From the human T2T-CHM13v2.0 reference genome, Homo sapiens, in the NCBI RefSeq assembly GCF_009914755.1, contig NC_060933.1: a DNA stretch of 64,000 bases, one strand, 5' to 3'. The notes under the pieces were generated by a model that searched no databases, was not told the DNA's origin, and saw nothing but the letters and a program-made list of their open reading frames with translations. Position numbers and translations under genes: made by a program. This document shows positions 34,715-49,443 of the stretch, in pieces; the first letter of the stretch is position 1; each line of letters starts with the position of its first letter.

Positions 34715-36497
34715 CTTTTTTCAGCTTTTATTTTAGCTTCATAGGGTACATGTGCAGGTTTGTTACCTGTATACATTGTGTGATGCTGAGGATTGGGGTA
34801 CGAATGATCCTATCACCCAGGTACTGAACATAGTCCCCAACGGTTAGTTTTTCATCCCTTGTCCCCCTCCCTCTTTCCCTCTTCTAGTAGTCCCCAGATT
34901 CTATTGTTGCCATTTTCATGTCCAGGAGCATCCGACACTTAGCTCCCACTTATGAGTGAGAACATGTTCCTGCACCAATTTGCTTAGGATAATGGCCTCC
35001 AGCACAGCCATGTTGCTGCAAAGGACACAATTTTTTTTTCTTTTATGGCTATGCAGTATTCATGGTATATATGTACCACATTTTCTTTGTTCAGTCCATT
35101 GTTGATGGACACATAGATTGATTCCATATCTTTGCTATTGTGAATAGCACTGCAATGAAAATGCGAGTACGTGTCTTTTTGGTAGAACAGTTTGCTTTGG
35201 ATATATACCAAGTAACAGGATTGCTGGGTTGTATGATAGTCCTGTTCTATGTTCTTTGAGAAGTCTCCAAATTGCTTTCCGCAGTGGCTGAAGTAATTTA
35301 TATTCTTACCAACAGTGTATAAGCATTCCCTTGAAACCACACCTTGCTACCATTTGTTGTTTTTTGACTTCTTAGTAATAACCATTCTGATTGGTGCATA
35401 CGGTATCTCATTATGGTTTTCATTTGCAGTTCTCTGATGATCAGTAAGGTTGAGCATTTTTTTCAGATGTTTGTTTACCGCTCATATGTCTTCTTTTAAA
35501 AAGTGTCTGTTCTTATATTTTGCCCATTTTTAAAATGGGGCTGTTTTTGGTTGTTCAATTGTTTCAGTTCCTTGTAGATTGTGAATATTAGGCCTTTGTT
35601 GGATGCACGGGTTGTAAACATTTTCTCTCATTTTGTATGTTGTCTGTTTACTCTGTTGCTAGTACATTTGTTATGCAGAAGCTCTTTAGTTTAATTAGGT
35701 TCCACTTGTCAATTTTTGTTGTTGTTGCAATTGCTTTTGAGGGCTTAGTCATAAATTCTTTCCCAAGGCCCCTGTACAGAATGGCATTTCCTAGGTTTTC
35801 TTCTAGGATTCTTGTGGTTTGAGGTCTTACATTTAAATCTTTAATCCATCTTGAGTTAATTTTACATATGGCAAAAGGTAGGAGTCCAGTTTCATTCTTC
35901 TACATGTGGCTAACCAGTATCCCAGTACTATTTATTAAATAGGCAGTCCCTTCCCCATTGCTTATTTTTGTCAGCTTCATTGTATATCAGATGGCCTGTA
36001 GGTGTGTGGCTTTATTTCTGGGTTCTCTATTCTGTTCCATTGATTTATGTGTCTGTTTTTGTACCAGTACCATGCTGTTTTGGCTACTATGGACTTGCAG
36101 CATAGTTTGAAACTGGGTAATGTAATGCCTCTGTCCTTGTTCTTTTTGTTCAGGATTGCTTTGGCTATTTTTTGGTTCCATATGAATTTTAGAATAGTTT
36201 TCTTTTTTCTAGTTCCATGAAACATGTTGGTAGTTTGATAGGAATAGCACTGAACCTGTATATTGCTTCGGGCAGTATGTCCATTTTAATGACATTGATT
36301 ATTTCAATCCATGAGCATAAATTTTTTCCCATTTGTGTCATCTATGTTTTCTGTTAAGTATTTTTGTGTGTATACGTGGCTACTATAAATGGTGTTGCAT
36401 TCTTGATTTGGCTCTCAACTTGAAGGTTATTAGTGTGTAAAAATGCTACCAATTTTTGTAACATTGATTTTGTACCCTGAAACTTTACTGAAGTCAG
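34715..36497 (-). mobile_element. 5'-truncated L1PA15/16-like
   Basis: Antisense 3' UTR (gggtacatgtgcaggtttgttac...gatgctgagg); minus ORF 35977-36225 contains [22 protein letters not shown]. Confidence 0.9.
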
Positions 36498-37337
36498 TAT
36501 TTTGAGACATTTAACCACTGAAATGTCAAATGTAATTGAATTTTATGGCTTCTTGGGGTATGTGGTAGGGTGGAAGGGATTGTACACACATTTGTGTGTG
36601 GCTTTCCCTCTAGTCAACTTTTAGCCTACCTGGACCAATACATCCATTATGTTTGGAAAGCTTTCAAAACTTACCTGAATATTCCCTAGATATGTAGTTA
36701 TATAAAGACTGTCATGTTTTGTATAGAGAATCAGAGAGGCTGAAGAGAAAATATATAAGATATAGATAAATATCATAATGATTATTGCATAGGCTATTCT
36801 CTCTTCTTGTAATGTGTTTTCTTCCTATGCATAAAAATACTGATATTGTTGCCACACGTATTTTTAAGCATTTGTATCTATTATTAAATGTAGCATTATC
36901 AATAGCCCTCTGAAATAGGTTACTATTATTATTCAAATTTTACTGAAGACTTTGAGAGATAACTACATTGGCCAATACCACATAGATAACAAGCAGTAAA
37001 GCAAGGATTTGAATTTAAATATGCTTACAACTTTTCACTTAAAACTTCCAAAAATAAAGGACATGCATGTGCATGCCTGTATATGTATGTGTGCATGACT
37101 GAATACTTTCCTTGATTTATGACATATATATTTATAATATTTATATATATTTATATATACTAAATTTTGTAGGATAAGATAATTCAAATCTGTGACTGAA
37201 GTCTTATTCAGCTCTGTGGTAGTAAATATCACCTTATCTGTACATTTGCCAAAGGCATCATGTCCAAAAATCATTATAACTGTAAATTTATCACATAAAC
37301 TCACTTGAAAATTGGCCTTATAAATATAGATAGAATA

Positions 37338-37754
<417 letters not shown>

Positions 37755-38015
37755 CTACAAATAGTATCATATCATCCATTTATTTTTTTCCTTTCTTCTT
37801 GTTAAATTATTTGTAATGTTATTTTTTAAAGATATTCTGGCTTATTAAATATTTTTAAACTTACAGTCAAAACATATCTTCATAACAGAAAATAATCACA
37901 ACCTACACGTACTACAGATTGAGAATCACTAATCCAAAATTCTGAAAGCTAAAATGCTCCAAAATATGCAATTTTTTGAGTGCTGACATGACCTCATGTG
38001 ACGATTCTCAGCGAA

Positions 38016-39236
38016 ATAATAATAGATGCTGGTGAGGATGTGGAGAAAAGGGAATGCTCATACACTGTTGGTGGGAATGTAAGTCAACGCAGTCACTATG
38101 AAAAACAGAATGGTACGTCCACAGAAAAGTTAAAAATAGTACTACCATTTATTCCAGCAATCCCACCATTGCATTCTTATCCAAAAGAAAGAAAATCAGT
38201 ATACTGAAGAGGTTTCTACACTCTCCAATTTATTGCAGCACTATTCACAATAGCCAATATATGGAATCAAAATATGTGTCCATCAATGGATGGACAGATA
38301 AAGAAAATGTGGTACATATACATACATTCGGCCATTCTTGCATTGCTATAAAGAAATACCTGAGACTGGGTAATTTATAAAGAAAAGAGGTAATCAGTTC
38401 ATAGTTCTGCAGGCTTTATAGGAAGCACAGTGCCTCCATCTGCCTGGCTTCTGGGAAGGCCTCAGGAAGCTTACAATCATGATGGAAGGCAAAGGGGGAG
38501 CAGGCACATCACATGGTGAAAATAGGAGCAAGAGAGAAAGAGTGAGGGCGGAGATGACACGTACTTTTAAATGACCAGATCTCGTGAGAACTTACTATTG
38601 CAAAGACAGCACAAGCCTGGAGGGATCTGTCCCCATGACCCAAACACCTCCCACTAGGCCCCATCTCCAGCATTGGGGATTACAATTGAACATGAGATTT
38701 GGCTAGGGACAAATATCCAAACTATACCAATATACTATATGATATTATTCAGCCATAAAAAAGAATAAGATCCTATCATTTGAAACAACATGAATGGAAC
38801 TAGAGAAAATTATGTTAAATGAAATAATCCAGTTACAGAAAGACAAATATCACATGTTCTCACTCATATGTGTGAGTTAAAAAATTTGATGTCATGGAGG
38901 TAGAGAGTAGAATAATGACTACCAGAGGCTAGGAATTATAGTGGGTGATAAAGAGGGATGGGTCCAAAAATACAGTCAGATAGAAGAAATAAAATCTAGT
39001 GTTCAGTAGCACAATAGGACAGCTATAATGACCATAATGTATTGTATATTTCAAAATAATTAGAGGAGCAAATCTGAAATGTTCCCAACACAAAGCAACA
39101 ATAAATGTTTGAGATAATGAATATCTCAATTATGTTGATTTGATCATTACACATTTTATGTTTGTATCAAAATATCACATGTACCCCATAAATATGTACA
39201 ACTATTATGCATTCATAAAAATGTAAAAATGAAAAG
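38016..39236 (+). mobile_element. 5'-truncated L1MA split by an MST LTR
   Basis: ORF2 C-terminus-like DAGEDVEKRECSYTVGGNV; L1MA-type 3' UTR. Confidence 0.85.
38322..38729 (-). mobile_element. MSTA/MSTB MaLR solo LTR
   Basis: cttgcattgctataaagaaatacctgagactggg...catgagatttgg; atatac on both flanks. Confidence 0.85.
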
Positions 39237-40114
39237 AAATGCAGTCAACTCTTAGTTTCATGCACAAAATTATTAAAAATATTATATAAAATTATCTTCA
39301 GTCTATAAAGCATATAAGAATGATAAATGAATTTTTTGTTTAGACCTGGACCCTTAGCAAAGATATCTCATTATGTATTTGCAAGTTATCAAAAAAAAAT
39401 TCAGAAATCCAAAACATTTCTCAAGCCAGGAATTTTGGATTAGAAATACTCAACCTGCATCTTTATTTATCCTTAGTCTTTTCCCAAATGTACTATTTCT
39501 ACTTTCTTCATTACTTATGACTGAAATTTATTTTATATTAAACTACATAATTTCTGAATAGAATTTGACATAGCACAGTATTTTTCACATGCTGTTTACT
39601 TGAGAACTAAATAATTTTTGTCATACCTACCATTCATACTACAATTTGCTTAATGCTTTGTGTGCTTTATTACATGAATACAGCTTTATATTACTTCTGT
39701 AATAAAATATATAAAGTTTTACTGTTATGAATTAACTGTAAAAATTAATACAGCAAAAACCCAAGCATATTAATAATAAATTATGGTTAGATCACTTTGT
39801 GAGTATGAGACCTAGTCTTTCTTACAAAGAAAACAACTGGAACATATTTCAGTTGTAAAAGATATTCTAGTATCAAAACATGTTTTTATTGTTAGGAATC
39901 AGAAAAACTGAAAAATTAAACAGGTAATAACTTTCTCAATATGTGATTTAAATTTACTGAGATGATTTTGTGAGTCTTCAATACAAGTTGTATTAATGAT
40001 CATTTAAAATCTTGCCTGGTAAGACAAAGCTCATCACAAAATACAAACTGCTCTATACCAGTATTCATGTCCAGGCACAAAAATGAAAGGCCCAGATAAA
40101 ACTGTGAATTAAGA

Positions 40115-40240
40115 CAAAGCATATAAAGTGGGCTCTGGTACCAGATGATCTGGTTTTGAATCCTCACTGGTACTTACTAGCTGTGAAATCTTGCACAATT
40201 GAACTAATCCATCTGAGTGTCAGTTTCTTATTTGTTAGTA
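40115..40240 (+). mobile_element. MIR
   Basis: ctggttttgaatcc...acttactagctgtga...ctgagtgtcagtttc. Confidence 0.55.
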
Positions 40241-40509
40241 GCCATTTATGCTCAGTTCCTAAATCCATTAATTAATGTCTAGTTTCAAATGTGATCATCT
40301 GATACTGCAGTTTTTATGTTATTTATTTGATGAAATACTTTTATATAATGAGACAATTCCCCTATCTGCCATTTTGTTTCTTCTCAGTGGTAGAGTTCAT
40401 ATAGGAAAGACAGAATAAATGCTTGATTTTAATTTTATTTACTAGTTTTCAAAATAAAGATTTAAGAGCTTCTCAACCTCTGAAATATATTTAAATATAC
40501 ATTGGCAGG

Positions 40510-40712
40510 TAGGAAGAAAGAGAAAGAAAGAGAGAGAGAAAGAGACAAAGAAAGAGACAAAGAGACACAGAGAGAGACACAGAGAGACAGAGAGAGAGAG
40601 ACAGAGAGAGAAAGAGAGAGAGAAAGAAAAAGGGAGAAAGGAGGAAGAAAGAAAGAGAAAGAGAGAAAGAAAGAGACCGAGAGACAGAGAGAAAGACAGA
40701 CAGAAACAGACA
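40510..40712. repeat. (GA)n/(GACA)n purine-rich simple repeat
   Basis: About 200 bp with no T on the + strand after position 40510. Confidence 0.92.
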
Positions 40713-41872
40713 GGTAGGCAGTCAGTGCATATAGACACTGCATACTGTAGTCTCTGACTTTTAACCATTACTTAGCTTTATTTCTGTGAGTAATCACATT
40801 TTAAATGTTCACCATTAACTAGTTGTCTGAAGCTTATTCTACGGGGTATTCTCAGGGAAAACTTAAAGAAACGATGGAGTACAATGATAACAGGTTTTCT
40901 GTGCCCTTAACAACTCAAAGTTCCTTTTTCTGAATATAACCTTTTTGGTTCACGTAACTCTCATTTTCTTTCTTCATGTATCTCCATTATGTTACCACAT
41001 TTTCTTCAAAAATTGGGTTTATATTTTTAAAATTATAATTTTTCTTCCTTTTATTAGTCAATTTATTCTTTTCCATAGGTGTCCAAATGACACATTTATT
41101 CTTTTTTCTTTAAGATCTATTATTTTATTATAATATTTCTTGGTACTAATAATTCCAGGTTGATATCCTTAAGTACATGAAATTAGATTATCTTTCAATA
41201 CATAGCTTCCAATATCAGCAGGAAATTATTCATGATCATAATTTTGAGTTATCTGTTCTGCTCTCTTTTATTTGTTTTTCTTCTTCAGGGACTCCTGCTT
41301 GTATGTTGGTCTTCCTTGTGTATCTTTAATATTTATTAATTTGTCTTTAATAGTTTTTACGTCTTTCTACACTTTTCTTTTTACTTTCTAAAATATGACT
41401 TCCTTTAACTTTTTCTTAGTGCTTCATCCATCAGGTATATTTGTTTGCTCTTATCTTCTTTCTAGTTCAGTCTTCATTTCTGAAATGATTTTCTTTTATC
41501 TCTATTTCTTTCCTGAGCTCCATCAGCTCCTTTCTGAGATTTTCTAATACTGATTAATGTTGCTCATTATTGTTTACTTTTACTGGTTGCCTTTCAATTA
41601 TTTAAAAAAAATACAATTTTGAAGTATTTTGAAGGCAGACTTTACTGGCTAGATTTTATTTTCAGTCATATGGTTATTTTGAGTATGAAATTAGCTAATC
41701 CAGAGACAGTACCATTATAAAGTAATTTATCAAAAAATAGAGACTTTCAGTTCCTCAAATAGCCATTATTGATTATAAAATGATGGAAAAGTAGATGTAT
41801 ACATATTCTGCTATTTGGTACTCATAGTATACTTAGTGTCCTTAGTAGTGATATTCTCTTATAAAACTTTAA

Positions 41873-43860
<1,988 letters not shown>

Positions 43861-45749
43861 AAAAGATCTTTTGCTAATTTACTTCCTAATGAAAATCTAA
43901 AGGTAAGAACCTAAGCAGGATTTTTTTTTTTTTTACTTTGCTTGTAGTTAGTTACTTTACCTTCCAACAATCAATATAACTACTTGAAGTAGTGTTTATA
44001 CCATCATCTAGTTATTGGTAATTAAAAGCATTTCATGCTAGAAAGAAGATAACCACAAAATGTATTAGATGGTGCTCACTTCCATTTAACTCTATCTTTA
44101 TATATGCTGTTTCAATTGAAATTTTTGCTGTAAATGTAGACTTACATAAATTTAAAATTGTAAGGAAACATTATCTTGCAGATTTATCCTGCCTAATACA
44201 TCTGAAATGAGTTGATACAAATTATTATTTTACTACTGATGCATCCTGATGTTTAAATGAATGAGGTATAGCGGGGAATAAAAAATTTAAACATATTTTA
44301 CATTTATCTATGACTTTGCTATTTATATTTATAAGGCATACTAAAGAATATTACGTAGAACATTGTATTAAAAGTTAGGAAAGATGAATTCAAATTGGTG
44401 TTGACATATTTCTATAAACTGGTAGCATGTATAACATAAGAATACCTACAGTGATGTTCGTCTTCTGAATGTTTACAGATAATCTAAAAATACCTATCTT
44501 TTGATTTCTACTAATCTATAAGAACTGATCTGTGATAAATATATCAAATAAAACAAGTCCATATTTATTCATGGGTATTAAGCTTTTATAGTGAAATCTG
44601 TAATAAATGTATACAAGCACAGGTGTTGTGGAATTCATTTTGTTCTGATTTTAATATCCCAATTCCTCTGGCTTTAATGTGGTCAAATGATGATCCTAGA
44701 GAAAAATTCCTAAAATAATATTTGTAATCTTTGTTACAGAAAGATTTTAAATATATGGATGGCTATTTGGCAGTATGTTACCTATTATTTTGATACGCAG
44801 TTAGCCACAAAATCAATGTGACATGTTTTTCCATATACAGGATAACATTAACCAAAACCACTACATTAAATGAGGCTCAATTTTAGACACTGAATGTTTC
44901 AGCTGCAGATTACAATTCTTTATTTTTTCTTTATTTTTAGCTCAGAAAGGAAATCTGGCAGACAATAGACTTGGAAATTACTTTCAACTATAGAAACCTA
45001 CATTATCATTATTATTACTTTTAAGAGATCCATTGTTTTGAAAGAATATTCTGTCATCAAGCATTTGCTACTATTTCTATTATGTTTATAAAATTTTTGA
45101 GCCCCTACAAATAATCATAGAACTCATATTCATTTAACAAATTTTTACTGAGTGCTTACAATAGAGTAGACTTTCTTTTGCATGCTTATCTGTTAAAGTA
45201 TAGCAGAAGGTTAATAGTTCCATGTGGTATCAACTAAAAGCCTCAGCAAGTTTTCCTAAACATTCATCTCTATTTCTTGGCATTATTAAGTAAAAATAAT
45301 ATTGTTTTATAATTTTATTTTAAAAATTCATATATATCTTTTTACTTAAAACTTTAATAATATTTGTGTGGCTTTTGTGAATCCAAAGTAAAAAAGTAAA
45401 ATTAATCAAATATTTTTAAAAAGTTTTATTACTACTGATAGAGTATCTTTCAAATGTCTATTTGAAATATATTTTTCACTTATAAATTTATCTTCATGGC
45501 CACATCCCATTTTTTATTTGCCTTTTTATTTGTTTTCATTTCATTTTAAAATGATTGTTCAGATCACTATTTGTCAACATAGAAAATATACCTGATATTT
45601 GTTAAATGGGGTGAAGGGAAGCAGCTTATAAAAGATTACATAAAGTATGATCCTATTTTTGATAGATAATCATATGTACATTTACCTTGTTTTCATGACT
45701 CCTAGCATTGTAACATCTTTATGATTTAAAAACTTGTTAATTTTATTAA

Positions 45750-46120
45750 TCAAATGAGAAGTAGAGTTCACTTCCAACTATGGAAGTCAACAAAGGGAAC
45801 AGAGCTTCCTCTTCTCATGTACTGCAGCTAGGACCTGAGTGTGTTAGCCAAGATCATTCATAATCTTTGCATATTGACAGGCTGGCACAAATAAATCAGG
45901 ACAATATAATATTGAAAGACTGGCAGTGAAATGGTGTGAAGTCCACTGATGTGGTATCAACAGAGTAGTCTTAAGCAGACTTTCAAGGCAGGTCCTTAGC
46001 TGTGACCCCATTACAAACTCTTCTATTTCTAGCCTTGTTTTCAAAATCTATCCAATATATTCCTTTTCTACTTAATTATTTTTTTTTACTGTTTCTTAGA
46101 ATCAAAATTGTCCAACGTAA
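45750..46120 (+). mobile_element. Putative 5' LTR (LTR33-like, ERVL)
   Basis: Motif order gtcttaagcagact / ccttagctgtg / ccaatat / ttccttttctacttaa parallels the 3' LTR; directly precedes gag-like sequence. Confidence 0.4.
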
Positions 46121-47659
46121 AATGTATTGTAGGTATCAGACCCTCAAGAATATGCAAGAACTCTGGATTTGTTAGCTGACTGCATTAGGATTGGAGACAG
46201 GGAATTTTCATTAACAATTTAAGAAAGGAATCCTAAATTGCATGCATTTTAGCATGGAAGGTGAAATGCCTTATTTATTATAGCCTATGGTCACCCAGTA
46301 GAAGCAAAGCTTCAGGGTGTAGCACTGATGTCGTCATTAAGCACTATTAAGGTTAAGAGGAATTTAATGACAGCATGGTTGAGTAGGTATGTTAAAATGC
46401 ACTGGATAGCATAAATACAGTGAACGACACACACTTCTAAATTCTCTGCTAAAGGAACAGACTGAAACCTAGAGACATTTTTTGACATTGCTTAAAGCAT
46501 CTCCTATCTCTTTTAGCCTCAGGCTGAGGTAACCAAAATACAAAAGCAAAATTAAATCCTATTACTTATGATTTTTAATGTCAGCTGAATTCACAAGGTT
46601 ACTACATTTTTTAGATGAGAGAGTATGAGTTTGGAAAGAGTTATACCCTGAAATTGAAATGGGAATACCCCAATCATCTAAAGTTTCTGCTCTCCCTTAA
46701 CTGACAAGTACCCTTTTATAACTTGTCTGATAGGGTTGCTCATCGTAAGATTGAAGATGATGATATTCTTTTTCCTGTAGGAGTTGACTTGCAACAGAAA
46801 GTCAGTAATCCACATGCTTGCTAACCAACTACCTCTCAATGTTCTTTACCTGTATTATCAGATTCCAGCATAACCTGAAGAGCTGATTACAGGCTGAAGC
46901 ATTTTATCTATAGACAAACTACGTAATTTCCCTAATTTATATCATCAATAAGGAATTTTGAAAATCAGTAAATCTTTGGCTTCTAATGTTATTTCACCAA
47001 GGTGGAGGGATGTATTTTTAGATCAGGTTCAATTTATTAATATGGATACATTTGCCAGAGTTTCTATATTCTTTATGCTAATTTGAATCTCTGGATGATG
47101 CAATAGATTTCTTGGCTGGTTGGCAAAAATGTGGACCCAACCGCGAATCTCATTAAGTGGCATTTCAATGTCAGACATTACTGGGTATGCCATAGAATAA
47201 GGAATCCAAAATGTTGAGTAAATGGAAATGTTGGAGATGACATTTTATGTCTTTAACCTACCATTCTCTCCCTAAAAACACCTCTCCAGTATATAAGGGT
47301 AATAACTTGCCTATAATCTTGAAAAATGCATAAGTGAGCCAAGCTGGTGTTGTGACATGTGCTATTTTGAAGACTATCAAGCTAGTGAAAAACACCGTAG
47401 TTGAAAACAAACCATTTATTTTAATGGGAAGTAGATCTTGGAGTAGCAGATGAAAGAGTATCTACAATGAAGTACCAGAAGCAAAGTAGACAATGCATAG
47501 CAGGCAACACAGCCTGCTAAGAAAATACCCCTATCTATAGGGATGGATATCTGAAGATATGTAACTGTGTATTTTTCAGGACCAAAATAATAGATAATTC
47601 ATTAAAGTTCTATACAGCAGATATTACTGATGGACTATGTAACAGTCATAGTCATTTAC

Positions 47660-48195
47660 TGTTCCATGTTAACAGAACTCTAATTATTTTCAGGTACATA
47701 GCATGCCTAAAAATTAATTTATGTGTCCTCCCTCATCCGACAAAAATGTGGATATCTAAGTGACTTTGGTTACCTCATTCATACTTCTAGGGTAATTTAG
47801 GTTTGGGGGTCTGTGATAAAATTATGAAACATAAGAGAGAACTTCCAGGACTTCCTGGAAAGGAAGCTTTTAAAAAGAGTTTTTAAAATAAATGCAAGGA
47901 AGACATAGACACTTTCCTATCAGTGGAACATAACCTCTCTGGATGATGCCTAGAACTGCAGCAGCCATCCAGTGATGATGAGGCAACTAGCCAATGGACC
48001 AGGATTACATGCTGACTGTAGCAGAGCAAAAATATACAAAGACTCCTCAATGAGTTTTTGTAGGAATTCAATTAAAGAATGGGAAGCTTTTTTTCTATGT
48101 TTTTTTTTTTCCCATATGACAGAGGAAAAAAAGTCCTTATTGTTTTAGAAATTTTAAGTAATATTATTTTATACTTGTGGGAAAATAATTCCAGG
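47660..48195 (+). mobile_element. MLT1 (J/H-like) or LTR16-like old LTR
   Basis: taacagaactctaatt; gatgcctagaactgcagcagccatc...atgaggcaac; gcagagcaaaaa. Confidence 0.55.
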
Positions 48196-48373
48196 CCTGT
48201 TTTGCTGGAAGAAAGATGCTTTACTGGAGCCAAAATGGTAGAAATTCATGGTTCCTCTAATAATACCTGACAAACATAGAACCTCTGTAATGAAGAGAAG
48301 GGGCAAGGCCAGGTAATAGCAATACAGATGTATTTCTAAGGAACAAAATAACTAGACAATCTGTTAAGGGTTC

Positions 48374-49443
48374 TATCAGGGGACCTGCCCCGATAATCAC
48401 ATAGGTTTTCTATTTTCCAAAGCGTCGACTGGCTTGAGAAATAAAAGGACAGAGTACAAAAGAGATAAATTTTAAAGCTGGGCATCCGGGGGAAACATCA
48501 TACATTGGTAGGATCCGTGATGCCCCACAAGCCACAAAAACCAGCAAGTTTTTATTAGGGAGTTTCAAAAGGGGAGGGAGTATACGAATAGGTGTGGGTG
48601 ACAGACATCAAGTACTTAACAGGGTAATAGAATATCACAAGGCAAGTGGAGGCAGGGCGAGATCACAGGACCACAGGACCGAGGCGAAATTAAAATTGCT
48701 AATGAAGTTTCGGGCACCATTGTCATTGATAACATCTTATCAGGAGACAGGGTTTTGAGATCAACCGGTCTGACCAAAATTTATTAGGCGGGAATTTCCT
48801 CTTCCTAATAAGCGTGGGAGTGCTATGGGAGACTGGAGTTTATTTCACCTCTGCAGTCTCAACCATAAGAGACAGGTACGCTCCGGGGGGGGGGGGAGTT
48901 CAGAGACCTACCCCTAGGTGCACATTCTCTTTCTCAGGGACGTTCCATGCTGAGAAAAAGAATTCAGCAATATTTCTCCCATTTGCTTTTGAAAGAAGAG
49001 AAATATGGCTCTGTTCTGCCCGGCTCACCGGTGGTCAGAGCTTAAGGTTATGTCTCTTATTCCCTGAACAACTGCTGTTATCCTGTTCTTTTTTCAGGAT
49101 GTCCACATTTCATATTGCTCAAACACACATGCTGTATAATTTTTGTAGTTAACGCAATTATTACAGGGTCCTGGAACGATATACATCCTCCTCAACTGAC
49201 AGGATTAAGAGATTGAAGTAAAGACAGGCATAGGAAATCACAAGGTTATTGACTGGGGAAGTGATAAGTGTCCATGAAATCTTTACAATTTATGTTTAGA
49301 GATTGCAGTAAAGACAGGCATAAGAAATTACAAAAGTATTAATTTGGGGAACTAATATATGTCCATAAAATCTTCACAATCCACGTTCTTCTGCCATGGC
49401 TTCAGCCGGTCCCTCTGTTTGGGGTCCCTGACTTCCCACAACA
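48374..49443 (-). mobile_element. Solo LTR MER11C-like (HERV-K11/HML-8)
   Basis: 1070 bp; minus strand starts TGTTGTGGGAAGTCAGGGACCCC; internal repeat of about 80 bp; 6-bp TSD GGGTTC at 48368-48373 and 49444-49449. Confidence 0.92.

Larger units (their letters stand above)
37915..39457 (+). mobile_element. Tigger4 (Zombi) element split by L1MA
   Basis: TA then cagattgag at the left, actcaacctg at the right (TIRs); halves about 37915-38015 and 39237-39457. Confidence 0.8.

Noticed and set aside
40442-40768. SL-rich and ER-rich ORFs
   Set aside because: Artefacts of the (GA)n repeat
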